Assembly (NCBI GenBank): GCA_963770835.1
Contig: CAVYRH010000002.1
Location: 128,001-192,000 of the forward strand
Direction: 5' to 3'
DNA: 64,000 bases
DNA from: an uncultured Pseudomonadota bacterium
GTDB taxonomy: Bacteria > Oederibacteriota > Muellerivitia > Muellerivitales > Muellerivitaceae
The notes under the pieces were generated by a model that saw only the letters and a list, made by a program, of their open reading frames with translations, made no database searches and was not told where the DNA came from. Of the stretch, positions 42,014 through 50,420 are shown in pieces; the first letter of the stretch is position 1, and each line of letters begins with the position of its first letter. Position numbers and translations under genes: made by a program.

Positions 42014-42089
42014 TGGAGGCGGCAGGCGGATTTGAACCGCCGAATCGCGGTTTTGCAGACCGCTCCCTTAACCACTTGGGTATGCCGCC
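42014..42089 (-). tRNA. tRNA-Cys(GCA)
   Basis: GGCGGCATACCCAAGTGGTTAAGGG..GCGGT-CTGCAAA-ACCGC..GGTTCAAATCC..TCCA. Confidence 0.96.
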
Positions 42090-42190
42090 CCGTCCCCACG
42101 AAATAAGGGCCTAAAAGCAACAAGCCCAGGCTAAACCTGGGCATGTCGGACAGCCAATGCGTATTTTCAGCCTCCCGCCGGAGGAACAAA

Positions 42191-42265
<75 letters not shown>

Positions 42266-42288
42266 ATTTCAGGCTTTTCTGCGCTTTT

Positions 42289-43575
42289 TTAGTTCGCCAA
42301 GACCTGTGGCAAAGCTGTGGCAAACTCATTTTCGGTCTTTCCGTAGGACTTCTCCACCAGCTCCACCGCTTCCACCAGGTCGTTCTCCACCAAACCCACA
42401 TAATAATCTGTGGAGCGCCTGTCCCGGTGGCCGGCAAAGCGGCCAAGTATCCTATCCCCCACCCTTTGTAGGGCCAATCTGGTCAAGCAAAGGTGGCGGA
42501 GATCGTAAAAGCGGAGGCCTTTTTCCTTCAAATTCGGCATTGTCTGGGAAGTCAGGGCGATAGTTTTACCAAATAATCGCCTCATATTGCAAGTTTTTAA
42601 ACGCTTCCCGTCGACGGTAAACAAAAAATCCCCGGGCCCTTTACCCGTAACATTCCGTCTGACAATATCCTCAACCATCTTCAGAAGGGGGATAGTCCTT
42701 CCTTCCCCCGTCTTTCCAGGTTTAATGAAGACAAAGTACCTGTATCCCACGTACCGGTTATCCCGATCCTTAACTTCCTTCCTGGAAAAATCGCTGATTT
42801 GGATATCAAGGGCTTCCTGGACCCTCGTCCCCTGGTACAAGCGGAACAAGAACACATCCCGGAACAATGCCACCGGTATCCTATCCGGACGGGCTCCGTG
42901 TTGGTTTTGCTGTTCTTCCAGTTTGTCCATCGCGTCCAGCATCGCGGTTATTTCCTCATCCCTTACCGTTATCACGGGGCGCTTTGGAGGGGTCGGAAAA
43001 AATTTCGGGTTTGAATCAAGGATTTCACGGACGGGGTTTTCCCGGCCGATCTTTTTTCGAATCGCCCAACGGAACAACCGATCCAAATAGCCCTTGTATT
43101 CCAAAAGGTTCCACGCGTTCGTACAAACCTCGCGGTCCCTCTCGTCCCGCAACAGCTTCCGCCTGGCATTGAACCATTCCGAGACCCTTTTCACCGACAT
43201 CCGGCGGATTTCCAAATTCCCGAACTCCGCCTTCAGGAGATCAAGCTTCGGCTTGATATTCCTGGGGAAAGAAGGTTTCTCCCGGATATTCAACACGGGA
43301 TCGTCAAGATATTGTTCAACGACCTCCGAAAACTTCATGTTTCCGACTGGGACCCTGGTTGGGTCAAACCCGTCATTGAGCCGGGTTTGTAACTCGGCCC
43401 GCGCCCGCTCAAGCACGGCAGCTTTCTTGGCGGACAAATCCGGGTAGTCAACGACCGGAAAGCGGGTCGATTTGAAGCGAGCCCTGCCTTCCGGATCCAA
43501 CCAGTAGAAATACCAGTGGGGCCGCGGTTGTTTATCGCGGCCAATTCTTGTTTTAAGCTGGACGTTGATTGGCAT
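42289..43575 (-). CDS. Tyrosine recombinase/integrase
   Basis: N-terminal arm-binding-like WYFYW..GR; catalytic GTRVQE (R), KTG (K), YDLRH (YxxR), AGH, DYY (Y). Confidence 0.92.
   Translation of the reverse strand: MPINVQLKTRIGRDKQPRPHWYFYWLDPEGRARFKSTRFPVVDYPDLSAKKAAVLERARAELQTRLNDGFDPTRVPVGNMKFSEVVEQYLDDPVLNIREKPSFPRNIKPKLDLLKAEFGNLEIRRMSVKRVSEWFNARRKLLRDERDREVCTNAWNLLEYKGYLDRLFRWAIRKKIGRENPVREILDSNPKFFPTPPKRPVITVRDEEITAMLDAMDKLEEQQNQHGARPDRIPVALFRDVFLFRLYQGTRVQEALDIQISDFSRKEVKDRDNRYVGYRYFVFIKPGKTGEGRTIPLLKMVEDIVRRNVTGKGPGDFLFTVDGKRLKTCNMRRLFGKTIALTSQTMPNLKEKGLRFYDLRHLCLTRLALQRVGDRILGRFAGHRDRRSTDYYVGLVENDLVEAVELVEKSYGKTENEFATALPQVLAN
42304..42324. repeat. Tandem 10-bp direct repeat, candidate integrase arm-binding sites
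   Basis: CTGTGGCAAA-G-CTGTGGCAAA (11-bp period) about 40 bp from tRNA-Gly. Confidence 0.55.
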
Positions 43576-43858
43576 TTCTGCCTCCCTTCGCCCCAGCCTC
43601 CTGACCCCCTGATAATATCAAATCGATGGAATGTTGGGAACTTGGAACAGCCGGCATCCGTTGGATCGACCATTTAAGGGACCCGAAACTGATCCGTGGA
43701 TTCTTCCCAAAAAGATAACGCGCTTTCAACTTCCCGGATTTGACCCACCGGATGATGGTACGACGGGAAACACCGGCATACCCCGCCGCTTCCCCATAGG
43801 TCAGCATTCTTTCTTCCGAGTCCCTCCTGCGGTCCCCACCTTTTCTACGTTCTTCCAT
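43553..43858 (-). CDS. Excisionase-like HTH protein with N-terminal ERRKGGDRRRD motif
   Basis: MLTYGEAAGYAGVSRRTIIRWVKSGKLKA (HTH_17-like); overlaps the integrase start; RBS GAGGAGG. Confidence 0.8.
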   Translation of the reverse strand: MEERRKGGDRRRDSEERMLTYGEAAGYAGVSRRTIIRWVKSGKLKARYLFGKNPRISFGSLKWSIQRMPAVPSSQHSIDLILSGGQEAGAKGGRNANQRPA

Positions 43859-43868
43859 GGGGTCCTCC

Positions 43869-44090
43869 TCATCTCTTCGAATCAATTGAAGGATTTTGAA
43901 AAACCTTCAGGAATAAAGAATGCCAAACACGGGGGTGTCTCCCCACTTTCACAAAGGGGAGAACGCCGGCCTGCCGCCAATACCTGACCGTATTTGGGGA
44001 GACTTTCGCCAATTGGGCTACATCTCTATCAGTCATGAGGTAATCCCGGTCTTTGCTCCGGCGGCCCGGAGAATTCCTGCGGTTTTTCAT
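43869..44090 (-). CDS. Second excisionase/MerR-like HTH protein with N-terminal NRRNSPGRRSKD motif
   Basis: LMTDRDVAQLAKVSPNTVRYWRQAGVLPFVKVGRHPR; RBS GGAGG. Confidence 0.8.
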   Translation of the reverse strand: MKNRRNSPGRRSKDRDYLMTDRDVAQLAKVSPNTVRYWRQAGVLPFVKVGRHPRVWHSLFLKVFQNPSIDSKR

Positions 44091-44115
44091 AAAAACCTCC
44101 AGCCACAAGGGCCAA

Positions 44116-45123
44116 TCAGAATCCAATAAGCCTGTGAATCCCATCATGGGCAATATCGTTGGCCATGCTATTCAACATCCCGTCCAAGACCTTATTGAGA
44201 TCCACGTTGAAGTTGGTCAGGGATTTCTCCATTGAGCAGTTCAAATAAGCCAAGACATAGGTGGAAAGGGGCCCCTCAACATAAGCCTGGGCAATGGGCT
44301 GGCCGGTTTTCCTTTGGAACTCCAGACGGTCCTTGGTCAATATGTCGTAATCCGCCTTCAGGCAGGCCTTCTTGAATTCGCCCATGTGATAGTCGTTCTT
44401 GTCATCCCCTGACCCCCATTGGTTGATCCATCCTTGGCAGAGTTTCTTGACGTGGGTCACATAAGCATCGTCCTGATCCCCAGGGGTTTTAACCGGGTTA
44501 GGCCCAAGGTCCTTTCCCTTGCTTGCCTCCCAATCTTTTTGAATATCGTCCATCACGGAATGACGCACTTTATCGGCCATGCCGGAATTGGCACCGTCCA
44601 GAACTCCCTTGGGGTCCTTCAGTTCCTCATCCGTCAGGTGGACCATGAAAGGGGTATTCTTGTTTTCATCCGCGAAATTAGCCCGCCAATTGGCTAATTT
44701 GAGGGCTCCGGCGTAAGTCTCTACAGCATCCTTGTTGAGTTTGCCTTTGAACACCTCATCGCTAACTCGGTTGAAATCCTTTTGGAAAAATTCATCCTTG
44801 GCCTCGTCAAACAGACTATCCGGTACCCGGCCTCCGTAGGCTTTCCTCAACTTCTTTTCGAATCCTTCCAATCGGAAGTAGATTTCATTGGCCGACATCC
44901 TTTTGGCGGCCAGGTTCTCGTCCTGGTCCACACCCTTCTTTTTCCCCTCTTCCAAGCCCTCCGTAATTTGTTTCCGGATAACCCCAATGGCGTCTTTTTT
45001 TTCAAGGATTGTGGGTTCGTAAATTGAGGTTGGTTGGGTGTCGGTTTGAGCCCACCCCCTTAATACCCCCAAACTGAACACCGCCACAAATAATCCAATA
45101 GTAAAAACAGAAAAGTTACGCAT
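44116..45123 (-). CDS. Exported helical hypothetical protein
   Basis: Signal peptide (..GWA|QT), charged helical body. Confidence 0.7.
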   Translation of the reverse strand: MRNFSVFTIGLFVAVFSLGVLRGWAQTDTQPTSIYEPTILEKKDAIGVIRKQITEGLEEGKKKGVDQDENLAAKRMSANEIYFRLEGFEKKLRKAYGGRVPDSLFDEAKDEFFQKDFNRVSDEVFKGKLNKDAVETYAGALKLANWRANFADENKNTPFMVHLTDEELKDPKGVLDGANSGMADKVRHSVMDDIQKDWEASKGKDLGPNPVKTPGDQDDAYVTHVKKLCQGWINQWGSGDDKNDYHMGEFKKACLKADYDILTKDRLEFQRKTGQPIAQAYVEGPLSTYVLAYLNCSMEKSLTNFNVDLNKVLDGMLNSMANDIAHDGIHRLIGF

Positions 45124-45161
45124 ATCGCCTCCTAAAATATTGAGCTGGTTATAAAAATCAG

Positions 45162-45197
45162 GTTGGCGGCTTTCGACAATTCCTAAAAGCCGCCAAC
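45162..45197 (-). terminator. Hairpin after the spoVG-like gene (possible terminator)
   Basis: GTTGGCGGCTTT..AAAGCCGCCAAC. Confidence 0.5.
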
Positions 45198-45231
45198 GAA
45201 ATTGACCTACATATCTTGAAACCGACCGTCC

Positions 45232-45537
45232 TTATGAACCGGTCTGCACCTCCGCTTCCATGAGCTTCATCTTCTTGTTGAAGGAAGCGATTGCCGCCTT
45301 CTGGATTTCCTTCTTGGTTTGGGAGTCGGTGTAGGAATAATCGAAGTAGGCCCCTTCCTCCGTTCCCGGCTTGCTGGGATTGGCGCTGAATAACTCGCCG
45401 GTTTCCTTGTTCCTCACGAGCCTCATATCGTTGAACCCGAAAACCCTTTTCCCCAAGGTCACCTTGACGTCGAAAAAGGCCTTCACGTTGCCTTCTCCCT
45501 CATAGGGGTACATCCTTTTGATAATGATTCGAAACAT
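45232..45537 (-). CDS. SpoVG-like nucleic-acid-binding protein
   Basis: KAFFDV, DMRLV..GELFSANPSK..G.YFDY..TKKEIQKA matches the SpoVG pattern. Confidence 0.7.
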   Translation of the reverse strand: MFRIIIKRMYPYEGEGNVKAFFDVKVTLGKRVFGFNDMRLVRNKETGELFSANPSKPGTEEGAYFDYSYTDSQTKKEIQKAAIASFNKKMKLMEAEVQTGS

Positions 45538-45577
45538 GACTTTCCTCCTTGAAATAAATTCAGCTAAATAAACAGCG

Positions 45578-47030
45578 TTACATTCCTTGTGGTTTCACCC
45601 CCTTTTCGGTGTTCCTCGCGTATTCCAAAACCTCTTCCCGCGCTTTTTCGGACAAGCCAGCGGAATACTCCCACCAGTCTTTGGCCCCTTTTGGGGCCGC
45701 GTACTGGTGGAGCACTTCAAGCAGTTCCTTGGTGTAATGGACAGGCTTTTTCCCCTGAAAATGGACAATTCCCCGGAAAACAATCGCGTTTCGGCCAGTC
45801 GCTTTTGCGCCATACAAGCCGTCGTCAGCTGCCGTGACAAGAGTCTCCAGGTTCACCCCATCCTCCCCCCACTCCACAATGGCCTGGGAAATAGTGACGG
45901 GGTAATGGATCACGTAAAGGTCATCCTTTTTGTGGCCCGTTCCATCCGTAAAATGCCGGATGTTCTCGGCCTTGATGATCTCATTGGCCTCCGCCACCAC
46001 CTTCTCCTCGACGTATTTGCGGAATTCCCCCGCTTTCTCCAGGGCTTCTTTTTCATCCCCGTCCAGGATCCAAATGACCTCCTCGCCCCCATACCGCCAA
46101 ATTCGTTCCTTGGAAAAGATCCCCTGGCCCGCCTTGGCTAATGTTCTCAAGACGGCGTTCCCCACTTGGTGGTTGGAATGCACATCATTGAAACTTTTGA
46201 AATAGTCGATATCGGCCATGCAAAGGTAAATCTTGGCTTTCTTCTTGGCGGCATAGGCGGGAATCTGGTTTCTCGCCGCGCGGAAGTTCAAAAGGCCCGT
46301 GAGGTCATCCATCACAGTTTGCTTGACGAGGTTTTCCTTTGTGGTTTTGTCCTGGCAATCCGCCGCTGTATCCAGGATGAAAGGGAACATTTGGGCCAAG
46401 AGCCATTTGCCAGGCTTTGTTTTCCTCAATTTCCCCAAGGTTGCTCTCTTTTCCAGTTTTTGGGCCTTCTCCAGCAAGGCCTTGATCCTCGGGTCTTTCA
46501 TCCCCGCATCCCTCAAAACGGAACAAACGTGGACCGTCCAGTGGAATTTCCCCAGTGAGAAATAAGCCGAAGCCAAAAGAACCAGGTACTCGGGTTCCTT
46601 GGGGAACCTCATATTCAGGCTTTGGAGCATCTCAACCGCCGTCTCGGCCCTGCCGGTCAGGGTGAAAAGTTCCGCTTGCAGGGCCACCGCTTCGGGGAAA
46701 TCCCGCACAGCCTCGAAAATTTCCTTGAGCGTGGTTTCGCATTCGGCGTATTGGGCCTTCAAAAGATAGGCTTTCGCCAGCAGAACCCGGCTTTCGGATG
46801 ACGGGTGGGAAAAGTTATGTAGCCTTTCGATGACCTTGAGGATGGAATTAGGTTTATTTAATTTGGCGTAGATCTTCCCGGCTTCCAGATAGGCTTCCAC
46901 GTTGTGGGGCTGGTAGGAGTGGATCACCTCGTCAAAAAATGGAAAGGGCCTTCCGGTACGATTTGGCCTTCATGTAGAGATGCGCGGCCTGGAGGCTTTG
47001 GCGGGCCAATTCGGGATTGAGAGTTTCCAT
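45578..47030 (-). CDS. TPR-repeat diguanylate cyclase (GGEEV); homopolymer frameshift near 46935
   Basis: TPR helices, then DDLTGLLN, DIDYFKSFND..HQVGN, RYGGEEV, ADDGLY.AK..GRN; true start probably METLNPELAR at 47030. Confidence 0.88.
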
Positions 47031-47031
47031 G

Positions 47032-47619
47032 TCAAAACTCCTGGAAGTTTGATATTTGCAGGGTTCCGTTGTCGTCTTTCACCACGACCAAAAGGTTCAT
47101 GGGCAGCTCCAATTGGGAGGGAGGATTGGTGTTGTCGGAGTTGTAGATGCTTTTCCCGATGACCTTGACCCAATAATGGGTTCCATCGGAATTGACGACA
47201 CTGGAGCGGTCGATCCTCTGGTAGATGACGTAGGCCTTGGACTGCCTAATGAATTCCACCCATTTGGGGTCCAGGAACGCCTCGCTATATTGGGACATGA
47301 GGTTGTCCACCATGAGGCCGGATACTTTGTCCGTCTGGCGGTCGATGTCCGTGTAGCTCAGGTTGAAGGCCATGATGGAGAACTTCTCGGCAAAATCGAT
47401 GACCCCGGTGTCTTGGGTCGCCGTTTCAACCGCCTGAAAGTCCTTGTTCTCCTGGGGGTGGGTTACAACAGCGCCAATCCTCGCCTTACCCCACCAAAGG
47501 GTGAAAAGGATCCCGGATAGGGTGATGGCCACAACCAATAGGATCATCGGCCATGCCTTATTGCCCTTGCGTTCTTCCTCCACCTCATCCAAAAAATTCA
47601 TTTCCTTTTTCTCATTCAT
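47032..47619 (-). CDS. Bitopic VirB8-like conjugation protein
   Basis: Single TM, then FAEKF..FNLSY and an NTF2-like beta C-terminus; follows VirB4. Confidence 0.5.
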   Translation of the reverse strand: MNEKKEMNFLDEVEEERKGNKAWPMILLVVAITLSGILFTLWWGKARIGAVVTHPQENKDFQAVETATQDTGVIDFAEKFSIMAFNLSYTDIDRQTDKVSGLMVDNLMSQYSEAFLDPKWVEFIRQSKAYVIYQRIDRSSVVNSDGTHYWVKVIGKSIYNSDNTNPPSQLELPMNLLVVVKDDNGTLQISNFQEF

Positions 47620-47646
47620 ATATCACCTCGAATATTTCCCGTCATA

Positions 47647-50139
47647 TCAGCCGGCTTTCATTACCTTGTTGTTTTCCTTGTCGTCGATCCATTGGCAGAT
47701 GGCGGATAGGACTTTTTCAGGGTCCTCATCCTTGGCGTAGGCCTCCAAATACCGGTCCCTGACCGCCGCCTCGGGGCCATAGGTGGTGGCGATGTGGTAG
47801 GAGAGTTCATCGGGATAAATGTTGACGATCCCCTGGCGGTGGGTCTGGTGGATCATGGCCTGGGAATAGACCCCTTTGACCTGGTGGAGGCCCGAAACCA
47901 TGTCCATCTGGGTTGGATTGAGTTGAAGGAGGTTTTTGGCGTGGCGGACATCGTCCCCGACGAGTTTCAACAGAATCTTAGTGGCGGTATTCTTGAGGAT
48001 GGCTTCCACCCCCTTAACCCCATTGAATTCCCCGATTTCCTGGGTAGCGAAGATGGGTTGGAGCCTCAGGTGCCGGGCCGTTTTCGCGATCCTCAAAAGG
48101 AAGGAAAGACCAGTGGGGAATTGGGCCAAATGCCAAGCTTCGTCAAGGACCAGTTGGGAGAGACGGTTCAAACCCATATTTTCCTTGGCTTTTCTCAAGC
48201 AGTAGTTGGAGATGACGAAAACGGCTAGGCCAATGGCCTTCTTGTCGTTGTCACTAATGCCGGAGGTATCGAATACAGTGAAATTGTCGTCCCCCTCAAC
48301 GGTGGATTCCCGGTCAGTCAGGTTGGCGTAGATTCCTTTTCCCGTATAGAGCTTCAGGATTTCAGCCTGCTTGCGGCATATATATTGGAACTGGACAGGC
48401 GTCTTTTTCTCTTCCGACATCCTTATCAATGTTTCCTTGAGGTCCGAGAGAAGGGGAACCCGGTTTTGGGATATGACGTTCCGGTAAGTCGTCTTTATCG
48501 CTTCCTGAAGCAAGGCCTTGTCCAGTTCCTCCGCTTCCTCGATTGAGTTGCCCTTGACGTTGGCAAGCACGACCCCCAAGAACATGATGATGCTGGAGAT
48601 TTGGTCGGGGTCGATTTCGCCGTCCAATTCCTTTATTTCATCCAAGGGATAATCAAAGATGTTCAGGTGGTGGCGGCTGTCCAGGTCGTAATTGAGGTAC
48701 TTGCCCCCGGACAAAAGGCAGAGAGTTTTGTACGATTTCGATTTGTCGATGACCATCACGTAGGGGTTCAGGTGCCTGTTTCGGATCAAGAGCTGGTTGA
48801 TGGTGAAGGATTTGCCGGTACCCGAACTTCCCACCACCAGGAAGTTCCAGTTTTCCGCCTCCTTTCCCCACAAGTCCAAATGGACCATCTGGTTGGAAAG
48901 GGTTTTCCCGATGGGCACACCGTCCGTTTCGGCGATGGGCTCGTATAAAACAGGAATCGCGTTGGCGATAACGGCCGTGGCTTGCAGGTGCTCGTGGGAA
49001 GCGTAATCGGTGGCCTGGGGCGTGGTGGAAAGGAAAAGCCTCTTTTGTTCCGCGTAACCAGACAAGGGGTGGACGTTCTTGAACTTCCGGGCCAGGTTCT
49101 CGTAAATCGTCAGGAGGGATTCTTTTGTGTCCGCGAACAAGGTCACGTAAAGGGAAAACTTGGCAAGGGAGGTCTTCTTCTCCGAGACCATGGACAACAC
49201 TTCCTGGCGGTAATCCAGGTTGGCCTGGGCCTCGAAATTGACCACGTTTTTGCGCTTCCAAAGGGCCCCCTGGTCGGCCTGGATTTGGCGCTCAACCACC
49301 CCCTGGGCCCGGAACAAATCCACCCCTTTCACGAACAAGGAAACCTTGAAATCATCCGTTTCCCCGTAAAGTTCCTGGAAGAAAAGGCTTTGTTCGTTGA
49401 AAGACGGGAATTCGGTCACGTAGAGGGTCTTGGCCAACTTGTCCCCAATCTTGAAAAAATGGGGGTTGGTGAAATCCCAGGGGACCGTGGAGAGCATTTC
49501 CCGGAGTGTCTGGAACCCGAATTCCCCACCCGACATGGAAATACCCCGTTTGAAAAGGGACGGATTCCCGTGGAATTTCCTAAGCGAGAATTCCTCATAT
49601 AAGAGGGTGTAAATCTCCTCCTCACTAGCCTCTTCCAGTTCCATCCCCAAGAGTGATAGCTGGGAAGCCCAGGATTTGGCCCTCCTCAATACCTCCTCAA
49701 GGGGTCCAAAGGACCCCTTTTCATCTTTTGCGGGATTTGAAGGAATTACGGTGAACAGGACATACGAAAGAAAGCGGCAAATACGGTGGTCCTTGTAAAA
49801 CAGCCGCAAGGAGTTTTCCAGGAACCGGGGATACTGGTTTTTGAAGATCGTCGGCGCGTTTTCGTGGATATGGCCCTTGAACTTATCGATTCCCACCTCA
49901 ACATCCGCAGGGACCCTTTTGGTGAGGAACTGGACTTGCTCGTCTTTCCGCAAGTCCCCCAAAGCTGAGTTCAATTTCATCACTTTCTCGCCCAATACCT
50001 CCGGGTCTTCCATCCAGGGATTGAGCCCGCCTTCAACCTTGAATACGGCCACGAACTGGCGGGGGTTCCTCAAAACAAGGAATCCCGGGCCAACCGATGA
50101 AATCCTCAAGAGTTCGGGAATGACGTTTTTCATGTTCAA
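47647..50139 (-). CDS. virB4: VirB4/TraC-family T4SS ATPase
   Basis: 830 aa; NWNFLVVGSSGTGKS, IDKSKSY, LVLDEAWH, ARH..IFATQ. Confidence 0.9.
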   Translation of the reverse strand: MNMKNVIPELLRISSVGPGFLVLRNPRQFVAVFKVEGGLNPWMEDPEVLGEKVMKLNSALGDLRKDEQVQFLTKRVPADVEVGIDKFKGHIHENAPTIFKNQYPRFLENSLRLFYKDHRICRFLSYVLFTVIPSNPAKDEKGSFGPLEEVLRRAKSWASQLSLLGMELEEASEEEIYTLLYEEFSLRKFHGNPSLFKRGISMSGGEFGFQTLREMLSTVPWDFTNPHFFKIGDKLAKTLYVTEFPSFNEQSLFFQELYGETDDFKVSLFVKGVDLFRAQGVVERQIQADQGALWKRKNVVNFEAQANLDYRQEVLSMVSEKKTSLAKFSLYVTLFADTKESLLTIYENLARKFKNVHPLSGYAEQKRLFLSTTPQATDYASHEHLQATAVIANAIPVLYEPIAETDGVPIGKTLSNQMVHLDLWGKEAENWNFLVVGSSGTGKSFTINQLLIRNRHLNPYVMVIDKSKSYKTLCLLSGGKYLNYDLDSRHHLNIFDYPLDEIKELDGEIDPDQISSIIMFLGVVLANVKGNSIEEAEELDKALLQEAIKTTYRNVISQNRVPLLSDLKETLIRMSEEKKTPVQFQYICRKQAEILKLYTGKGIYANLTDRESTVEGDDNFTVFDTSGISDNDKKAIGLAVFVISNYCLRKAKENMGLNRLSQLVLDEAWHLAQFPTGLSFLLRIAKTARHLRLQPIFATQEIGEFNGVKGVEAILKNTATKILLKLVGDDVRHAKNLLQLNPTQMDMVSGLHQVKGVYSQAMIHQTHRQGIVNIYPDELSYHIATTYGPEAAVRDRYLEAYAKDEDPEKVLSAICQWIDDKENNKVMKAG

Positions 50140-50420
50140 ACCTCGCTTTCTTCCCCGCCACTGTTGTAATACCGTGGTTCCCGGTGGAACCGGACGATGT
50201 TCTCGAAATGTTTCTCAGGCCAGAAACTCTTCAAAACGTAAAAAACGGTGGCCACAACTAAAGCCGAGAAGAATAGAACCAGGCTCCCTTCTAGGCCCCA
50301 AACACTGAAAAGCAATATGAACCCGAAGGCGTCGGCGATGAAGATGAACATCAAGCGAGTGAAGTCCGAGGCATAGAACAAGCCCCACATCCTGGATTCC
50401 TTCTCAAGTGGGATTGCCAT
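50136..50420 (-). CDS. VirB3/PrgI-like small membrane protein
   Basis: Two TM segments, basic C-terminus (..PRYY); overlaps the virB4 start. Confidence 0.6.
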   Translation of the reverse strand: MAIPLEKESRMWGLFYASDFTRLMFIFIADAFGFILLFSVWGLEGSLVLFFSALVVATVFYVLKSFWPEKHFENIVRFHREPRYYNSGGEESEV

